Positions 10,196 through 21,434 of a stretch of 64,000 nt of DNA are shown here, one piece after another. The stretch lies in assembly GCA_965221125.1 (NCBI GenBank), contig CBDCRW010000003.1, positions 96,001-160,000 on the forward strand, read 5' to 3'. Positions within the stretch are counted from its first letter, which is position 1. Each line of letters begins with the position of its first letter. The stretch comes from Alphaproteobacteria bacterium. GTDB taxonomy: Bacteria > Pseudomonadota > Alphaproteobacteria > UBA828. The notes under the pieces were generated by a model that was given only the letters and a program-made list of their open reading frames with translations, ran no database searches and was not told the DNA's origin. Both the position numbers and the translations under genes were made by a program.

Positions 10196-10427
10196 AGCGA
10201 ATCCGACCTTGCGAGATCATTGCGGCCGAACGTTCCCACCTCCCCCTGTCCCCCTCCCCCCAATGGGCGGAGGGGGGACGCAAGCCGCGCCGGTCTTTTC
10301 TCCCTCTCCGCCCCTGGGGGCGGAGAGGGCCGGGGAGAGGTGGGGGTTTCTTTTCTGGCCGCGCGGCATGTGAAACCGTGACCCTGCGACAACCGCGAAC
10401 GATTCCATCCGGTCGGATAGTGCTCTA
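10193..10427. repeat. Non-autonomous palindromic element (TAGAGC...GCTCTA ends) with a nested inverted REP-like pair
   Basis: Left end TAGAGCgaATCCGACC (10193-10208), right end GGTCGGATagtGCTCTA (10411-10427); internal CCCACCTCCCC..GGGCGGAGGGGG (about 10234-10277) and inverted CCCTCTCCGCCCC-GGGGCGGAGAGGG..GAGGTGGG (about 10302-10345). Confidence 0.7.
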
Positions 10428-10509
10428 ACGGCTCACCGATGGTGGCTTGACAAGACAAGGCCTTACCCTGTTTTCTCCGCACCGCCCGCTCGTCACGTGC
10501 GGGCATCCT

Positions 10510-10596
10510 GCGGCTGTGGCGGAACTGGTAGACGCGCAGCGTTGAGGGCGCTGTGGGGGCGACCCCGTGGAGGTTCGAGTCCTCTCAGCCGCACCA
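10510..10596 (+). tRNA. tRNA-Leu(GAG)
   Basis: GCGGCTG/CAGCCGC acceptor stem, CAGCG-TTGAGGG-CGCTG anticodon arm, long variable arm, GGTTCGAGTCC, CCA encoded. Confidence 0.95.
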
Positions 10597-10605
10597 TCTG
10601 GCCTG

Positions 10606-10692
<87 letters not shown>

Positions 10693-10715
10693 GGTGGATG
10701 GGCGACGGCGGGCGG

Positions 10716-10934
10716 TCAGCGCTTCGGCCGCTGCTCTCCCGAGATGAACGAGCCGAGCATCTTGCCCGCCTCGCGCACGGGGTCCCTCGCGGTAGCGACA
10801 TCGGCGACCTTGTCCGCCGCCTTATCCATCTTCCCGTCGACCGCCCGGAAAGCCTGCCCCGCCTTCTTCTGCACGCGCGGGTCGGCAGCGGCGCGCTTCG
10901 CCAGCGACCAGAGAACTGTACGCAGAATGGCCAT
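10716..10934 (-). CDS. Small hypothetical protein (72 aa)
   Basis: Fills the gap between the tRNAs and the hydantoinase gene; Lys/Asp-rich helical composition unlike the Arg/Pro-rich shadow ORFs. Confidence 0.6.
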   Translation of the reverse strand: MAILRTVLWSLAKRAAADPRVQKKAGQAFRAVDGKMDKAADKVADVATARDPVREAGKMLGSFISGEQRPKR

Positions 10935-11032
10935 GGCGCCATTCTAGCGCGTCTGGCCGCCGCGGCCTCAAGATTCTCTCCCTCGACTCCGGCGCACCGC
11001 TTGGGCACAAGAAGCGGCATGGAAGAGCACCC

Positions 11033-13156
11033 ATGAGCACCTATCTCTGCGGCATCGACATCGGCGGCACGTTCACCGACTGCGTGGTGGTGGACGAGGC
11101 GGGCCAGGTGACCACGGGCAAGGCGCCGTCCACACCGGCCGACTTCGGCGAAGGGCTGATCGCGGCCCTCGACATCGTCGCCGGCAAGCTGGGCACGCCA
11201 CTCGACGCGCTCTGCACCGAGCTCGCGGTGCTGGCCCACGGTACCACGGTCGGCACCAACGCGATCATTCAGAAGAAGGGCGTGAAGGTCGGCCTCATCA
11301 CCACCAAGGGCCACAACGACGTCATCCACATCATGCGGGGCTCGCGCGGGCTGACCGGCCGCGACATCCGCCTCGTCGTGCACATCCCTGAGAGCAGCAA
11401 GCCCGACCCCATCGTGCCCAAGTACCTGATCGAGGGCGTGTCGGAGCGCGTGGACTGCTTCGGCAAGGTCGTGGTCGAGCTGAACGAGGAGGAGGCGGAG
11501 CAGGCGATCCGCCGGCTGGTCGCCGACGGCGTCGAGGCGCTCGCGATCTGCTTCCTCTGGTCGTTCCTCGCGCCCGCGCACGAGCAGCGGGTCAAGGCGA
11601 TGGTCGAGCGCATCGCGCCCGGCCTCTTCGTCACGTGTTCGTCGGAGCTGGTGCCGAAGTGGGGCGAGTACGAGCGCACCGCCGCGGTCGCGCTCAACGC
11701 CTACATCGGCCCGCTGGTGACTGGCTATCTCGCGCGGATGGACCGGCGCACGACCGACCTCGGCTACGACCATCCGCTGCAGATCACGCAGTGCGCGGGC
11801 GGCACGATCCCCGTCGCCAAGGCGATGGCGGCGCCGCTGCTGACGCTCGATTCCGGCCCGGTCGCGGGCGTCACCGGCTCGCGCTACGCGGGCGGCATCA
11901 TGGGCTACGAGAACGTCATCACCACGGACATGGGCGGCACCTCCTTCGACGTCGGCATCATCCACGGCGGCGAGCCGGCGTTCTCCTACCGGAGCCTGGT
12001 GCACCAGTACGAGTACTACCTCTCCAAGGTGGACATCCAGGTGATCGGCGCGGGCGGCGGCAGCATGGCGCGGATCGACGAGGCGACCGGCGCCTTCCGC
12101 GTAGGGCCAGAGAGCGCAGGCGCGGACCCCGGCCCGGTGTGCTACGGGCGGGGCGGCACCGTGCCGACGGTGACGGACGCCGACCTGGTGCTGGGCTACC
12201 TCGACCCCGACAACTTCGCGGGCGGCGCCATCGCCCTCGACCGCGAGGCTTCGGCGCGGGCGCTCGCGCCGATGGGCGAGCGGCTCGGAATGGGGCTCGA
12301 CGAGACGGCGAGCGGGATCGCACGCATCGTCGAGTTCCAGATGGCCGACCTGATCCGCAAGGTGACGATCCAGAAGGGCCACGACCCGCGCGACTTCGTG
12401 ATCTTCGCCTTCGGCGGCGCGGGCCCCACGCACGCCGGCGTCTTCGCGCAGGAGTTGGGGGTCTCGAAGGTGATCGTGCCGCAGCGCGAGACCGCCTCGG
12501 TCTGGTGCGCCTTCGGCGCGGCGGCGGCGGACCTGCTGCACGTCCACGAGCAGGTCAACATCATGCGCTCGCCCTTCGACGCCGGGGCCATCAACGCGGT
12601 GCTTGCGGAGCTGAAGACGCGGGGCGCCGCGGACCTTGCGGCCGACGATGTCGCGCCGGCGGACTGGCACTACCGCTTCACCCTCGACATGCGGCACAAG
12701 GGCCAGATCAACGAGGTGGAGATCGAGCTGGCGGGCGAGACCGTCGCCGCCGATCAGATCGGCGCGCTGCACGAAGAATTCCGCCAGCGCTACGAGGCGC
12801 TCTACGGGCGGGGCGCGGCGTTGCCCAACGCGCAGCTCGAGATCGTGACCTTCCGCTGCCGCGCGTCCGGCGTCACCCGCAAGCCCCGGCTCACCGCCGC
12901 CGACGCGCTGCCGCCGGATCCTGCGCTCGAGGCGCGCCGGCCGCCGCGCTCGGTCTACTGGGCGGAGTGGAAGCGCCGCGCCGAGACCCCCATCTACGAC
13001 GGCGCCCGCCTCGTGCCGGGCAACCGCATCGAGGGCCCGGCGGTGATCGACACCGAGGTCACGACGGTGGTGGTGCATCCAGGCCAGACGCTTGCCGTCG
13101 ACGTGTACGGCAACTTCGAGATCACGCTCGCCGCCGGCACGGACGGTGCGGGATGA
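11033..13156 (+). CDS. Hydantoinase A/oxoprolinase family protein (orphan A subunit)
   Basis: GIDIGGTFTD, HGTTVGTNA, DMGGTSFDV, GAGGGS, GPESAGADPGPVCYGRGG, AFGGAGPTH. Confidence 0.93.
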   Translation: MSTYLCGIDIGGTFTDCVVVDEAGQVTTGKAPSTPADFGEGLIAALDIVAGKLGTPLDALCTELAVLAHGTTVGTNAIIQKKGVKVGLITTKGHNDVIHIMRGSRGLTGRDIRLVVHIPESSKPDPIVPKYLIEGVSERVDCFGKVVVELNEEEAEQAIRRLVADGVEALAICFLWSFLAPAHEQRVKAMVERIAPGLFVTCSSELVPKWGEYERTAAVALNAYIGPLVTGYLARMDRRTTDLGYDHPLQITQCAGGTIPVAKAMAAPLLTLDSGPVAGVTGSRYAGGIMGYENVITTDMGGTSFDVGIIHGGEPAFSYRSLVHQYEYYLSKVDIQVIGAGGGSMARIDEATGAFRVGPESAGADPGPVCYGRGGTVPTVTDADLVLGYLDPDNFAGGAIALDREASARALAPMGERLGMGLDETASGIARIVEFQMADLIRKVTIQKGHDPRDFVIFAFGGAGPTHAGVFAQELGVSKVIVPQRETASVWCAFGAAAADLLHVHEQVNIMRSPFDAGAINAVLAELKTRGAADLAADDVAPADWHYRFTLDMRHKGQINEVEIELAGETVAADQIGALHEEFRQRYEALYGRGAALPNAQLEIVTFRCRASGVTRKPRLTAADALPPDPALEARRPPRSVYWAEWKRRAETPIYDGARLVPGNRIEGPAVIDTEVTTVVVHPGQTLAVDVYGNFEITLAAGTDGAG

Positions 13157-13187
13157 GCGCAAGGCAGCGACGGACGGGAGACGCGCC

Positions 13188-13481
13188 ATGGACCTGACGG
13201 CCTTCGAACGCTCGCTGGACGACGCCGCGCCGCCGGAGGGCCTGAGCAAGGCGCTCCAGGCGCTCTGGCAGGAGGCGAAGGGCGCGTGGCACGAGGCCCA
13301 CGACCTCGCCCAGGCCGACAAGGGACCGGAAGGCGCCTGGGTCCACGCCTATCTCCACCGGGTCGAGGGCGACCTCCGCAACGCGGGCTACTGGTATCGG
13401 CGCGCCGGGCATCCCGAGTCGAAGGATGCGCTGCGCGACGAGTGGCGGGCCATCGCGACGGCGCTGCTCGCCCAGAAGTAG
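13188..13481 (+). CDS. Conserved hypothetical protein (W..AH..AQ..AWVHAYLHRVEGD..NA.YWY family)
   Basis: ATG 13188 after GGGAG; recognisable conserved motif of a widespread uncharacterised family. Confidence 0.85.
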   Translation: MDLTAFERSLDDAAPPEGLSKALQALWQEAKGAWHEAHDLAQADKGPEGAWVHAYLHRVEGDLRNAGYWYRRAGHPESKDALRDEWRAIATALLAQK

Positions 13482-13654
13482 GGAGACCGCTGCCGCTACG
13501 CGCTGTCCACCTGCAGGGACTTGGCAAAGTGACTCGGGGGGGTATTGCGCTCAACAATGGGACCGGTGGTGACTCCGCCACTGACCACTGCGGTGAGTGG
13601 CGATCCAAAAGGACGCGTGATACGTTTCGACCAAAATGGAAACGGAGTTCTGCA

Positions 13655-13978
13655 ATGTCTCGTGCTATCGTCCTTGGCTTCCTTACCCTCTGTCTACTGT
13701 TTCCTGCGACAATTCGCGCTCAAGACTACGACGCTGAAATTACTACCCACGTTATTGATCCCTGCATCTTGGCCGCCGTCAGACACAACGATCTCGACGA
13801 GCTGATGGATGAGTACGAGGCATTGGCGACCATGAAGCTCCTCATGGCGAATAACATCAGCGAGATCGCTGACAGCGTTAAGAGTTTGGTCAGTGGAAGG
13901 GACCGTGAAACGCGCATGCAACTTTACCCGGTACTGCGCGGACTCTGTATCGAGAGTATGCTCAGCGCCGGAAACTAA
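13655..13978 (+). CDS. Hypothetical secreted protein, atypically low GC
   Basis: ATG after GGAG; signal peptide MSRAIVLGFLTLCLLFPATIRA-Q; many A/T-ending codons. Confidence 0.7.
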   Translation: MSRAIVLGFLTLCLLFPATIRAQDYDAEITTHVIDPCILAAVRHNDLDELMDEYEALATMKLLMANNISEIADSVKSLVSGRDRETRMQLYPVLRGLCIESMLSAGN

Positions 13979-14103
13979 ATCAGAATATTAGTTGAGGAGC
14001 CGCTCAAGAGTTTGTAAGAATTTGAGCGTACATTTGGGGTGCGGTTCCGTCAGGCGCATAAGCTCCAAGAATAGCTGCGACGGGAACACGCGCACGGGTG
14101 CCG

Positions 14104-14132
14104 TTGACGGGCCCCGGAGCGCTCCCTACATT
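14104..14132 (+). promoter_or_regulatory. Putative promoter of trxA
   Basis: TTGACG-17 nt-TACATT upstream of the GGAGGAG RBS; CCCTACAT also resembles alphaproteobacterial RpoH -10 elements. Confidence 0.55.
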
Positions 14133-14161
14133 CCACCCATCGCCGCCTCGGAGGAGCATCC

Positions 14162-14482
14162 ATGAGCGTTACCCACGTCACCGACGCCGAGTTCGAAGAG
14201 AAGGTCCTGAATGCGGACGGCCCCGTGCTGGTCGACTTCTGGGCCGACTGGTGCGGCCCGTGCAAGGCGATCGCGCCTGCGCTGGAGGAAATCGCCGGCG
14301 AGATGAGCGACTCGCTCTCGGTGGCCAAGCTGGACGTGGATTCGAACCCGTCGACGCCGGCGAAGTACGGCATCCGGGGCATTCCGACGCTGATCCTCTT
14401 CAAGGGCGGCGAGGTCGCCGATACCAAGGTGGGCGCGCTGCCCAAGGCCAAGCTCTCCGAGTGGCTGCGCGGCGCGGTCTGA
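14162..14482 (+). CDS. trxA: Thioredoxin
   Basis: [23 protein letters not shown]. Confidence 0.97.
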   Translation: MSVTHVTDAEFEEKVLNADGPVLVDFWADWCGPCKAIAPALEEIAGEMSDSLSVAKLDVDSNPSTPAKYGIRGIPTLILFKGGEVADTKVGALPKAKLSEWLRGAV

Positions 14483-14565
14483 GCGTCGGAAAACAGGAAA
14501 TTACAAAACGAAGCCAATTCCGCGTAATTTGTTGTTATAAAACGAAAATTTATGAATAACGCCGG

Positions 14566-15924
14566 CTACGCGGCGGGCGCGCTTGCGGCCGCGAGCACGT
14601 CGCCGACCAGATAGAGCGAGCCGCACACCAGGATGCGGCCGGGCCGCTCCACCCCTTCCGTGAGGCGTGCAACTGCGGCGTCGACGCCGGCGTCCGTCTC
14701 GCAGGCAATGCCGAGGGCGTGCGCTGCAGCGCGGATATCCTCGGGCGCCGCGCTTGCGGCCTGACCGGGGATCGGCACAGCCGCCACGCGCCGCGCGAAG
14801 GGCGCGAGAGGACGCAAAAAATCCGTGGGCGGCCGCGTGTTCAGCATGCCGACGACGAGGTCGAGAGGCCGATCCGCCCAGTCTTCGGCGACGCGGGCGA
14901 GCGCGAGCGCCGCCGCCGCGTTGTGGCCGCCGTCGACCCAGAATTCCCAGCCCCCGGCGAGGCCGGGCCAGGGGACGTGCTGAAGCCTGCCCGGCCAGCG
15001 CGCCTCCCGGAGTCCCTCGGCAACGGCCGCATCGCCGATGTCGAAGCCGGGCACGAGCCGCGCGCAGACGGCGGCGAGCGCCGCATTCTCGACCTGGTGA
15101 TCGCCGGCGAGCGCCGGCAGCGGGTAGCGGCCCTCGCCCAGGGCGTCCTGCACCGTCAGGTGCGATGCGGAGCGCTCGAACGTCCACTCGCGCCCGAGTC
15201 GCGCAAGCGGGGCGCCTGCACCGCCGGCGACCCGCTCGATGGCCGCATCGGCCTCCGCCTCCTGGCGTCCGATCACGCCGGTGACGCCCTGCTTCAGGAT
15301 CCCCGCCTTCTCGGCGGCGATGAGGGGGAGCGTCTCGCCCAGGTAGTGGGTGTGGTCGATGGAGACAGGAGTAATCACGGTGAGCGCGGGCCGGGCGATC
15401 ACGTTGGTGGCGTCGAGCCGGCCGCCGAGCCCGACCTCCAGCACCAGGATGTCGGCGGGTGTCTGCCTGAAGGCATGGAACGCCGCCGCCGTGGTGATCT
15501 CGAAGTAGGTGATGGGCGCGCCGTCGTTGACCGCCTCGCAGTGGGCGAGGCACGCGCGCAGCGCGTCCTCGGCGATGGGCACGCCGCCCAGCCTGATGCG
15601 CTCGGCGAAGCGGACGAGGTGCGGCGAGACGTAGCTGTTCACCCGGTAGCCGGCGGCGCGCAGCATGGCGTCGAGAAAGGCGACGACGCTGCCCTTGCCG
15701 TTGGTGCCGGCGACGTGGATCACCGGCGGCATGGCGCGCTCCGGGTTGCCGAGCGCGTCGAGCAGCCGCGTCATGCGGCCGAGCGAGAGGTCGATGGCCT
15801 TGGGATGGAGGTCGAGCAGCCGCGCGAGGATCGCGTCGCTCTCGCGCGGTGCCACCCGGTCCGGCACGCCGCTCACGTCACCCTGCAGGAAGAGATTTTT
15901 CGGGTGCGATGGAGCGTCCGTCAC
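14566..15924 (-). CDS. folC: Bifunctional folylpolyglutamate/dihydrofolate synthase
   Basis: HVAGTNGKGS, SPHLVRFAERI, LEVGLGGRLDATN, WPGRLQ, DGGHN, CGSLYLVG; GTG start overlapping the accD stop (exact start uncertain). Confidence 0.95.
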   Translation of the reverse strand: MTDAPSHPKNLFLQGDVSGVPDRVAPRESDAILARLLDLHPKAIDLSLGRMTRLLDALGNPERAMPPVIHVAGTNGKGSVVAFLDAMLRAAGYRVNSYVSPHLVRFAERIRLGGVPIAEDALRACLAHCEAVNDGAPITYFEITTAAAFHAFRQTPADILVLEVGLGGRLDATNVIARPALTVITPVSIDHTHYLGETLPLIAAEKAGILKQGVTGVIGRQEAEADAAIERVAGGAGAPLARLGREWTFERSASHLTVQDALGEGRYPLPALAGDHQVENAALAAVCARLVPGFDIGDAAVAEGLREARWPGRLQHVPWPGLAGGWEFWVDGGHNAAAALALARVAEDWADRPLDLVVGMLNTRPPTDFLRPLAPFARRVAAVPIPGQAASAAPEDIRAAAHALGIACETDAGVDAAVARLTEGVERPGRILVCGSLYLVGDVLAAASAPAA

Positions 15925-16856
15925 TTGGCGCCGGCGGATGCTGCCTCGTTCGTGCGCCGGCCCGCGCCGGGAGCCTTCCCGTGCAGGGCGATCACCTCCG
16001 CCGGGGGCGTCTTGTCGCGCAGCAGCGAGAGCAGCAGCGAGAGGGTCTGGCGCAGCTTGCGGCGATGCACGACCATGTCGACCATGCCGTGATCGCGCAG
16101 GTACTCGGCACGCTGGAAGCCCTCGGGCAGCCGCTCCCGAATCGTCTCCTCGATCACGCGCGGGCCGGCGAAGCCGATGACGGCGCCGGGCTCCGCGATG
16201 GCGATGTCGCCGAGCATGGCGAAGGACGCCGTCACGCCGCCGGTCGTGGGGTTCGTGAGCAGGACGATGTAGGGCACGCCCGCTTCCTTCAGCTCGTCCA
16301 CGGCGATGGTGGTGCGCGCCATCTGCATCAGCGAGAGCACGCCCTCCTGCATCCGCGCGCCGCCCGAGGACGGAATGACGATCAGGGGGGCCTCCTGCAG
16401 CACGGCGAGCCGCGCGGCCGCCAGCAGGCTCTCGCCGACGGCGGTGCCCATGGAGCCGCCGAGAAAGCCGAAGTCGAACGCCGCAACGACCGCCGGCGCG
16501 GTCCCGATGGTGCCGTGCGCGACCACCATGGCGTCGTCGTGGCCGGTCTTGCTGCGCGCCTCGCGGAGGCGGTCCGCGTAGCGCTTGCGATCGCGAAACC
16601 GCAGCGGGTCCTCGGCCACCGCCGGCAGCTCGATGGTCTTGTAATCCTCGTTGTCGAAGAGCAGCGCGAGGCGCTTGTCGGCGCCGAGCCGCATGTGGTG
16701 ATCGCAGCGCGGGCAGACCCGGAGATTGTTCTCGAGCTCGCGGTGAAAGATCATCTGCTCGCACGCGTCGCACTTCTCCCACAGGTCGTGCGGAATGTCG
16801 GGCTTGCGAAACAGGCCGCTCACCTTGGGGCGCGAGAATCGATCGAGCCAGCTCAC
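15921..16856 (-). CDS. accD: Acetyl-CoA carboxylase carboxyltransferase beta subunit
   Basis: [12 protein letters not shown] Zn finger, [27 protein letters not shown]; GTG 16856 overlaps the trpA stop. Confidence 0.96.
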   Translation of the reverse strand: MSWLDRFSRPKVSGLFRKPDIPHDLWEKCDACEQMIFHRELENNLRVCPRCDHHMRLGADKRLALLFDNEDYKTIELPAVAEDPLRFRDRKRYADRLREARSKTGHDDAMVVAHGTIGTAPAVVAAFDFGFLGGSMGTAVGESLLAAARLAVLQEAPLIVIPSSGGARMQEGVLSLMQMARTTIAVDELKEAGVPYIVLLTNPTTGGVTASFAMLGDIAIAEPGAVIGFAGPRVIEETIRERLPEGFQRAEYLRDHGMVDMVVHRRKLRQTLSLLLSLLRDKTPPAEVIALHGKAPGAGRRTNEAASAGAK

Positions 16857-17688
16857 GATGCAGCCTCCCGGCGTGCCGCGCGCACGCCTTCGCCGAGCGC
16901 ACGCACCAGCGCGAGCGCGTTGTCGCGGCAGGCCGGCGTGGCCGTGCCGGCCGCGTCCAACCCCTCTTCGATCGCCGTGATAAGCGCGGAGCCGACGACC
17001 GCAGCGTCCGCCACCCGCGCAACCTCTGCCGCTTGCTCCGGCGTCTTGATGCCGAAGCCGACGGCGATGGGGAGCGCCGTGTGGCGCCGCAGCCGCTCCA
17101 CGGCCTGCTGCGTCGCCGCGGCGGCAGCGCCGGCCGCGCCGGTGATCCCGGTGATCGAGATGTAGTAGACGAAGCCGCTGGTGTTGGTGAGAACGGCCGG
17201 CAGGCGGGCATCGTCGGTGGTCGGCGCCGCCAGCCGAATGAAGGAGAGCCCGGCGTCGAGCGCCGGGCGGCACAGCTCGGAGTCTTCCTCGGGCGGCAGG
17301 TCGACCACGATCATGCCGTCGAGGCCTGCTTCCAGCGCATCCGCAAGGAAGCGCTCCACGCCGTAGATGTAGATCGGGTTGTAGTAGCCCATGAGGACCA
17401 GGGGCGTCTCGTCGTCATGCGCGCGGAAGCGCCGCACCAGGCCGAGTGTCTTGCCGAGCGTGATGCCGGCAGCCAGCGCCCGCTGGCCCGCGCGCTGGAT
17501 GACCGGCCCGTCGGCCATCGGATCGGTGAAGGGCGAGCCGATCTCGATCACGTCGGCGCCCGCGTCCGCGAGCCCTTCGAGGATGGCGTAGGAGGTCTCG
17601 ATGTCCGGGTCGCCCATCATCGTGAAGGTGACGAGCCCGGCGCGGCCCTCCCCCTCAAGCGCGGCGAAGCGCCGCTCGATGCGCCCGC

Positions 17689-17692
<4 letters not shown>
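16853..17692 (-). CDS. trpA: Tryptophan synthase alpha chain
   Basis: [40 protein letters not shown]; GTG 17692. Confidence 0.96.
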
Positions 17693-18896
<1,204 letters not shown>

Positions 18897-18900
<4 letters not shown>

Positions 18901-19571
18901 GCCGTGGCCTCTCGTGCGACTGGCCTATCCGCCGCCGCAACCGCGGCGAGGAAGGCGCCGATCTTCTCCGGGTCCTTGCGTCCCGGCGCCGCCTCGATGC
19001 CGGACGAGACATCGACGGCGCCGGCGCCGGTGATCCTGATCGCCTCGCCGACGTTCCCGGCATCCAGCCCGCCGGAGAGAATCCAGCCGGTGGACGGCGG
19101 CGGCGCGGCCTGGAACAGCCGCCAGTCGAAGGTCCGCGCGTTGCCGCCGGGCCGGGTGTCGTCCGCCGTCGCCTTGGCGTCGAACAGGATCAGGTCGGCG
19201 CCCTCGCCGTAGTCTTGGGCACGTTCGATGTCAGACGCCTGGGACACGCTGATCGCCTTGATGATGCGGCAGCCGGTGCGCGCGCGAATGGCCGCTGCCC
19301 GCGCCGGGCTCTCGTTTCCGTGGAGCTGGATATAGTCGAGTCGCACCGCGGAGAGAATACCGTCGAGGAACGCGTCCTCCGGATTGACGACGACGCCGAC
19401 GCTCGCAATGTCTTCGGGCAGGCCCGCGCCAAGCGCCGCAGCCCGGCCAGGTGCCACGTTGCGCGGCGAGGGCGGAAAGAACACGAAGCCCAGGAACCGC
19501 GCGCCGCCGGCCAGCGCCGCTTCGACGGCGGCGCGGTCGCTCAATCCACATGTTTTCACGGCGACGGGCAT
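18897..19571 (-). CDS. trpF: Phosphoribosylanthranilate isomerase
   Basis: [35 protein letters not shown]. Confidence 0.95.
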
Positions 19572-19655
19572 GGCCCCTACCCTTACCCGGATTTCGCACC
19601 GCGGTCACGGGCCGCGGTCGCGGCCCGTCGCGGGTCCGTCGAAGACGGACGCGCT

Positions 19656-20012
19656 CTACGCCAGATCCTTGGGCGTCAGCGATGCGGGCGACGCTGCGGG
19701 GACCGCCGCCCGCTGCCCGCGCACGGCCTCGTCGAGCTGCTTGCGCGTGCCCGCCAGCTCCTGCTCGAGCGCGCGCGCACGCCGCCGGCCGCGGCGCGCC
19801 ATGCGGCGCACCTTGTGGTCGAGCAGCCAGCGAACCAGCGCGCCGGAGAGGAACCCCACCACCAGGGCGCCGACGACCAGAGCCCAGATCGGGATATCGA
19901 GCCTGTAGGGGAACGGCGCGACGCTGATCTCGACCGGGCCGCGATTGGCCACGGCGAAGGCGATGACGACGACCGCCACCGCCGCCGCGATTGCCCAGGC
20001 GAGTAGTCTCAT
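19656..20012 (-). CDS. LapA (DUF1049) family membrane protein
   Basis: Two TM segments with FAVANRGPV motif followed by a basic coiled coil; downstream of ihfB. Confidence 0.8.
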   Translation of the reverse strand: MRLLAWAIAAAVAVVVIAFAVANRGPVEISVAPFPYRLDIPIWALVVGALVVGFLSGALVRWLLDHKVRRMARRGRRRARALEQELAGTRKQLDEAVRGQRAAVPAASPASLTPKDLA

Positions 20013-20107
20013 GGATAGGCTCTCGTGCGCCGCGTCGTGCGGCCCGTCACCTGCGCGATCCGGCGATCATGCTCCCGGACCGCCGCGCGCCCCGCCAGCC
20101 GGGCCGC

Positions 20108-20395
20108 CTATTCGCTGTTGAGCCGCTCGCGCAGCTCCTTGCCGGTCTTGAAGAACGGCAGGAATTTCCGGTCCACCCGGACCGCAGCGCCGGTGCGCGG
20201 ATTGCGGCCGACCCGCGCCGCACGCGGACGGACCGAGAACGCGCCGAAGCCGCGAAGCTCGACCCGGTCGCCTTGCGCGAGCGCATCGCTGATCTCGGTG
20301 AAGACCCGGTTCACCACGCGCTGATAGTCGCGGTGGTAGAGGTGCTGATCGGCGTGCTTTTCCGCCAGTAGCTGAATGAGCTCGGACTTGGTCAT
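20108..20395 (-). CDS. ihfB: Integration host factor beta subunit
   Basis: [38 protein letters not shown]. Confidence 0.95.
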   Translation of the reverse strand: MTKSELIQLLAEKHADQHLYHRDYQRVVNRVFTEISDALAQGDRVELRGFGAFSVRPRAARVGRNPRTGAAVRVDRKFLPFFKTGKELRERLNSE

Positions 20396-20461
20396 GCTGG
20401 AGATACTCCGCCGGCCAGAGGCTCCCGGCTCGCGTGCTCGAACGCCAAGAGCGTCATCGTT

Positions 20462-21373
20462 TCAGTCCGTTACCTGAGGGTGCCAAACGGCGATGAGACC
20501 GTCAAGGGCGAGCGTCCGCGCCGGCAGGGTGCTCTCGAGCGCTGCATCGATGACGTCGAGCAGGCCGTCCTCGCCGCCGCTCACCACGTCGGTGGCCGGA
20601 ATGGTCTCCGATACGCCGTGCTCGACTGCGAGCCACGCGCGTGCCTCCTCCTCGCCGCCGATGGCATCGACGAGGCCGGCGTCTACCGCCTGTGAGCCGG
20701 TGAACACGCGCCCGTCGGCCAGCGTCAGCGCCGTCTCGCGGTCGAGGGAGCGGCGCTCCATCACCAGGCGCAGGAAGGACTCGTAGATGTCCGTCACCAC
20801 GGTCCGCATGGCACGGCGGGTGGGATTGTCCAGCTCCTCGAAGGGCGTGGGCTTCGCCTTCAGCGGCCCGCTGCGGATCGCTTCCGCGCGCACGCCGATC
20901 TCTTCCAGCAGCGCGGTGAACTCGGCGGTCTGGAACAGGACGCCGATGGAGCCCGTCAGCGTCGCCTCGCGGGCGACGATGCGGTCCGCAGCGAGCGCCG
21001 CCATGTACGCCGCCGAGGTCGCGGTGGTGCCGAGAACGGCGACGACGGGCTTGGCCCCGGCCAAGGAACGCAGGCTGAGATAGAGCGCCTCGCCACCGAC
21101 CGCCGTGCCGCCGGCGGAGTCAAGCCGCAGCACGACCGCCCTGACGGCATCGTCCTCCCGGAGATCGGCAATGAGGCGGTCGCGGGCGGGATCGTCCTCG
21201 ATCAGCCCGGTCACCCAGAGCCGGGCCACGCGCTCGCCGCCCTCAAGAGCAAATGGGGCGGCCGCCACCAGCGCCAGAGCGACGAGTGCTGCGACGGCGA
21301 GGGCACGCCAGACGGCGACGCCCCGCTTGAGGCGGCGGCGGTCGAGCAACCTGTCGGGATCCAGGCTCGCCAT
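20462..21373 (-). CDS. sppA: Signal peptide peptidase SppA (S49)
   Basis: LDSAGG, ATSAAYMAA, TLTGSIGV, DGRVFTG, GLVDAIG; between rpsA and ihfB. Confidence 0.9.
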   Translation of the reverse strand: MASLDPDRLLDRRRLKRGVAVWRALAVAALVALALVAAAPFALEGGERVARLWVTGLIEDDPARDRLIADLREDDAVRAVVLRLDSAGGTAVGGEALYLSLRSLAGAKPVVAVLGTTATSAAYMAALAADRIVAREATLTGSIGVLFQTAEFTALLEEIGVRAEAIRSGPLKAKPTPFEELDNPTRRAMRTVVTDIYESFLRLVMERRSLDRETALTLADGRVFTGSQAVDAGLVDAIGGEEEARAWLAVEHGVSETIPATDVVSGGEDGLLDVIDAALESTLPARTLALDGLIAVWHPQVTD

Positions 21374-21434
21374 CTCCTCCCGGACCGTGGCCTAGACGCC
21401 GAGCGTCATGGCGCGGAGCACCTCGGTGCCCGCC

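Noticed and set aside
10693-14100. Second integrative island at tRNA-Leu
   Set aside because: No integrase and no duplicated tRNA-Leu 3' end found downstream; most of the segment has host-like composition.
14530-14560. Possible dif (XerCD) site at GTTATAA..TTATGAATAAC
   Set aside because: The spacer between the ATAA and TTAT half-sites is 9 bp rather than 6 and the XerD arm matches poorly.
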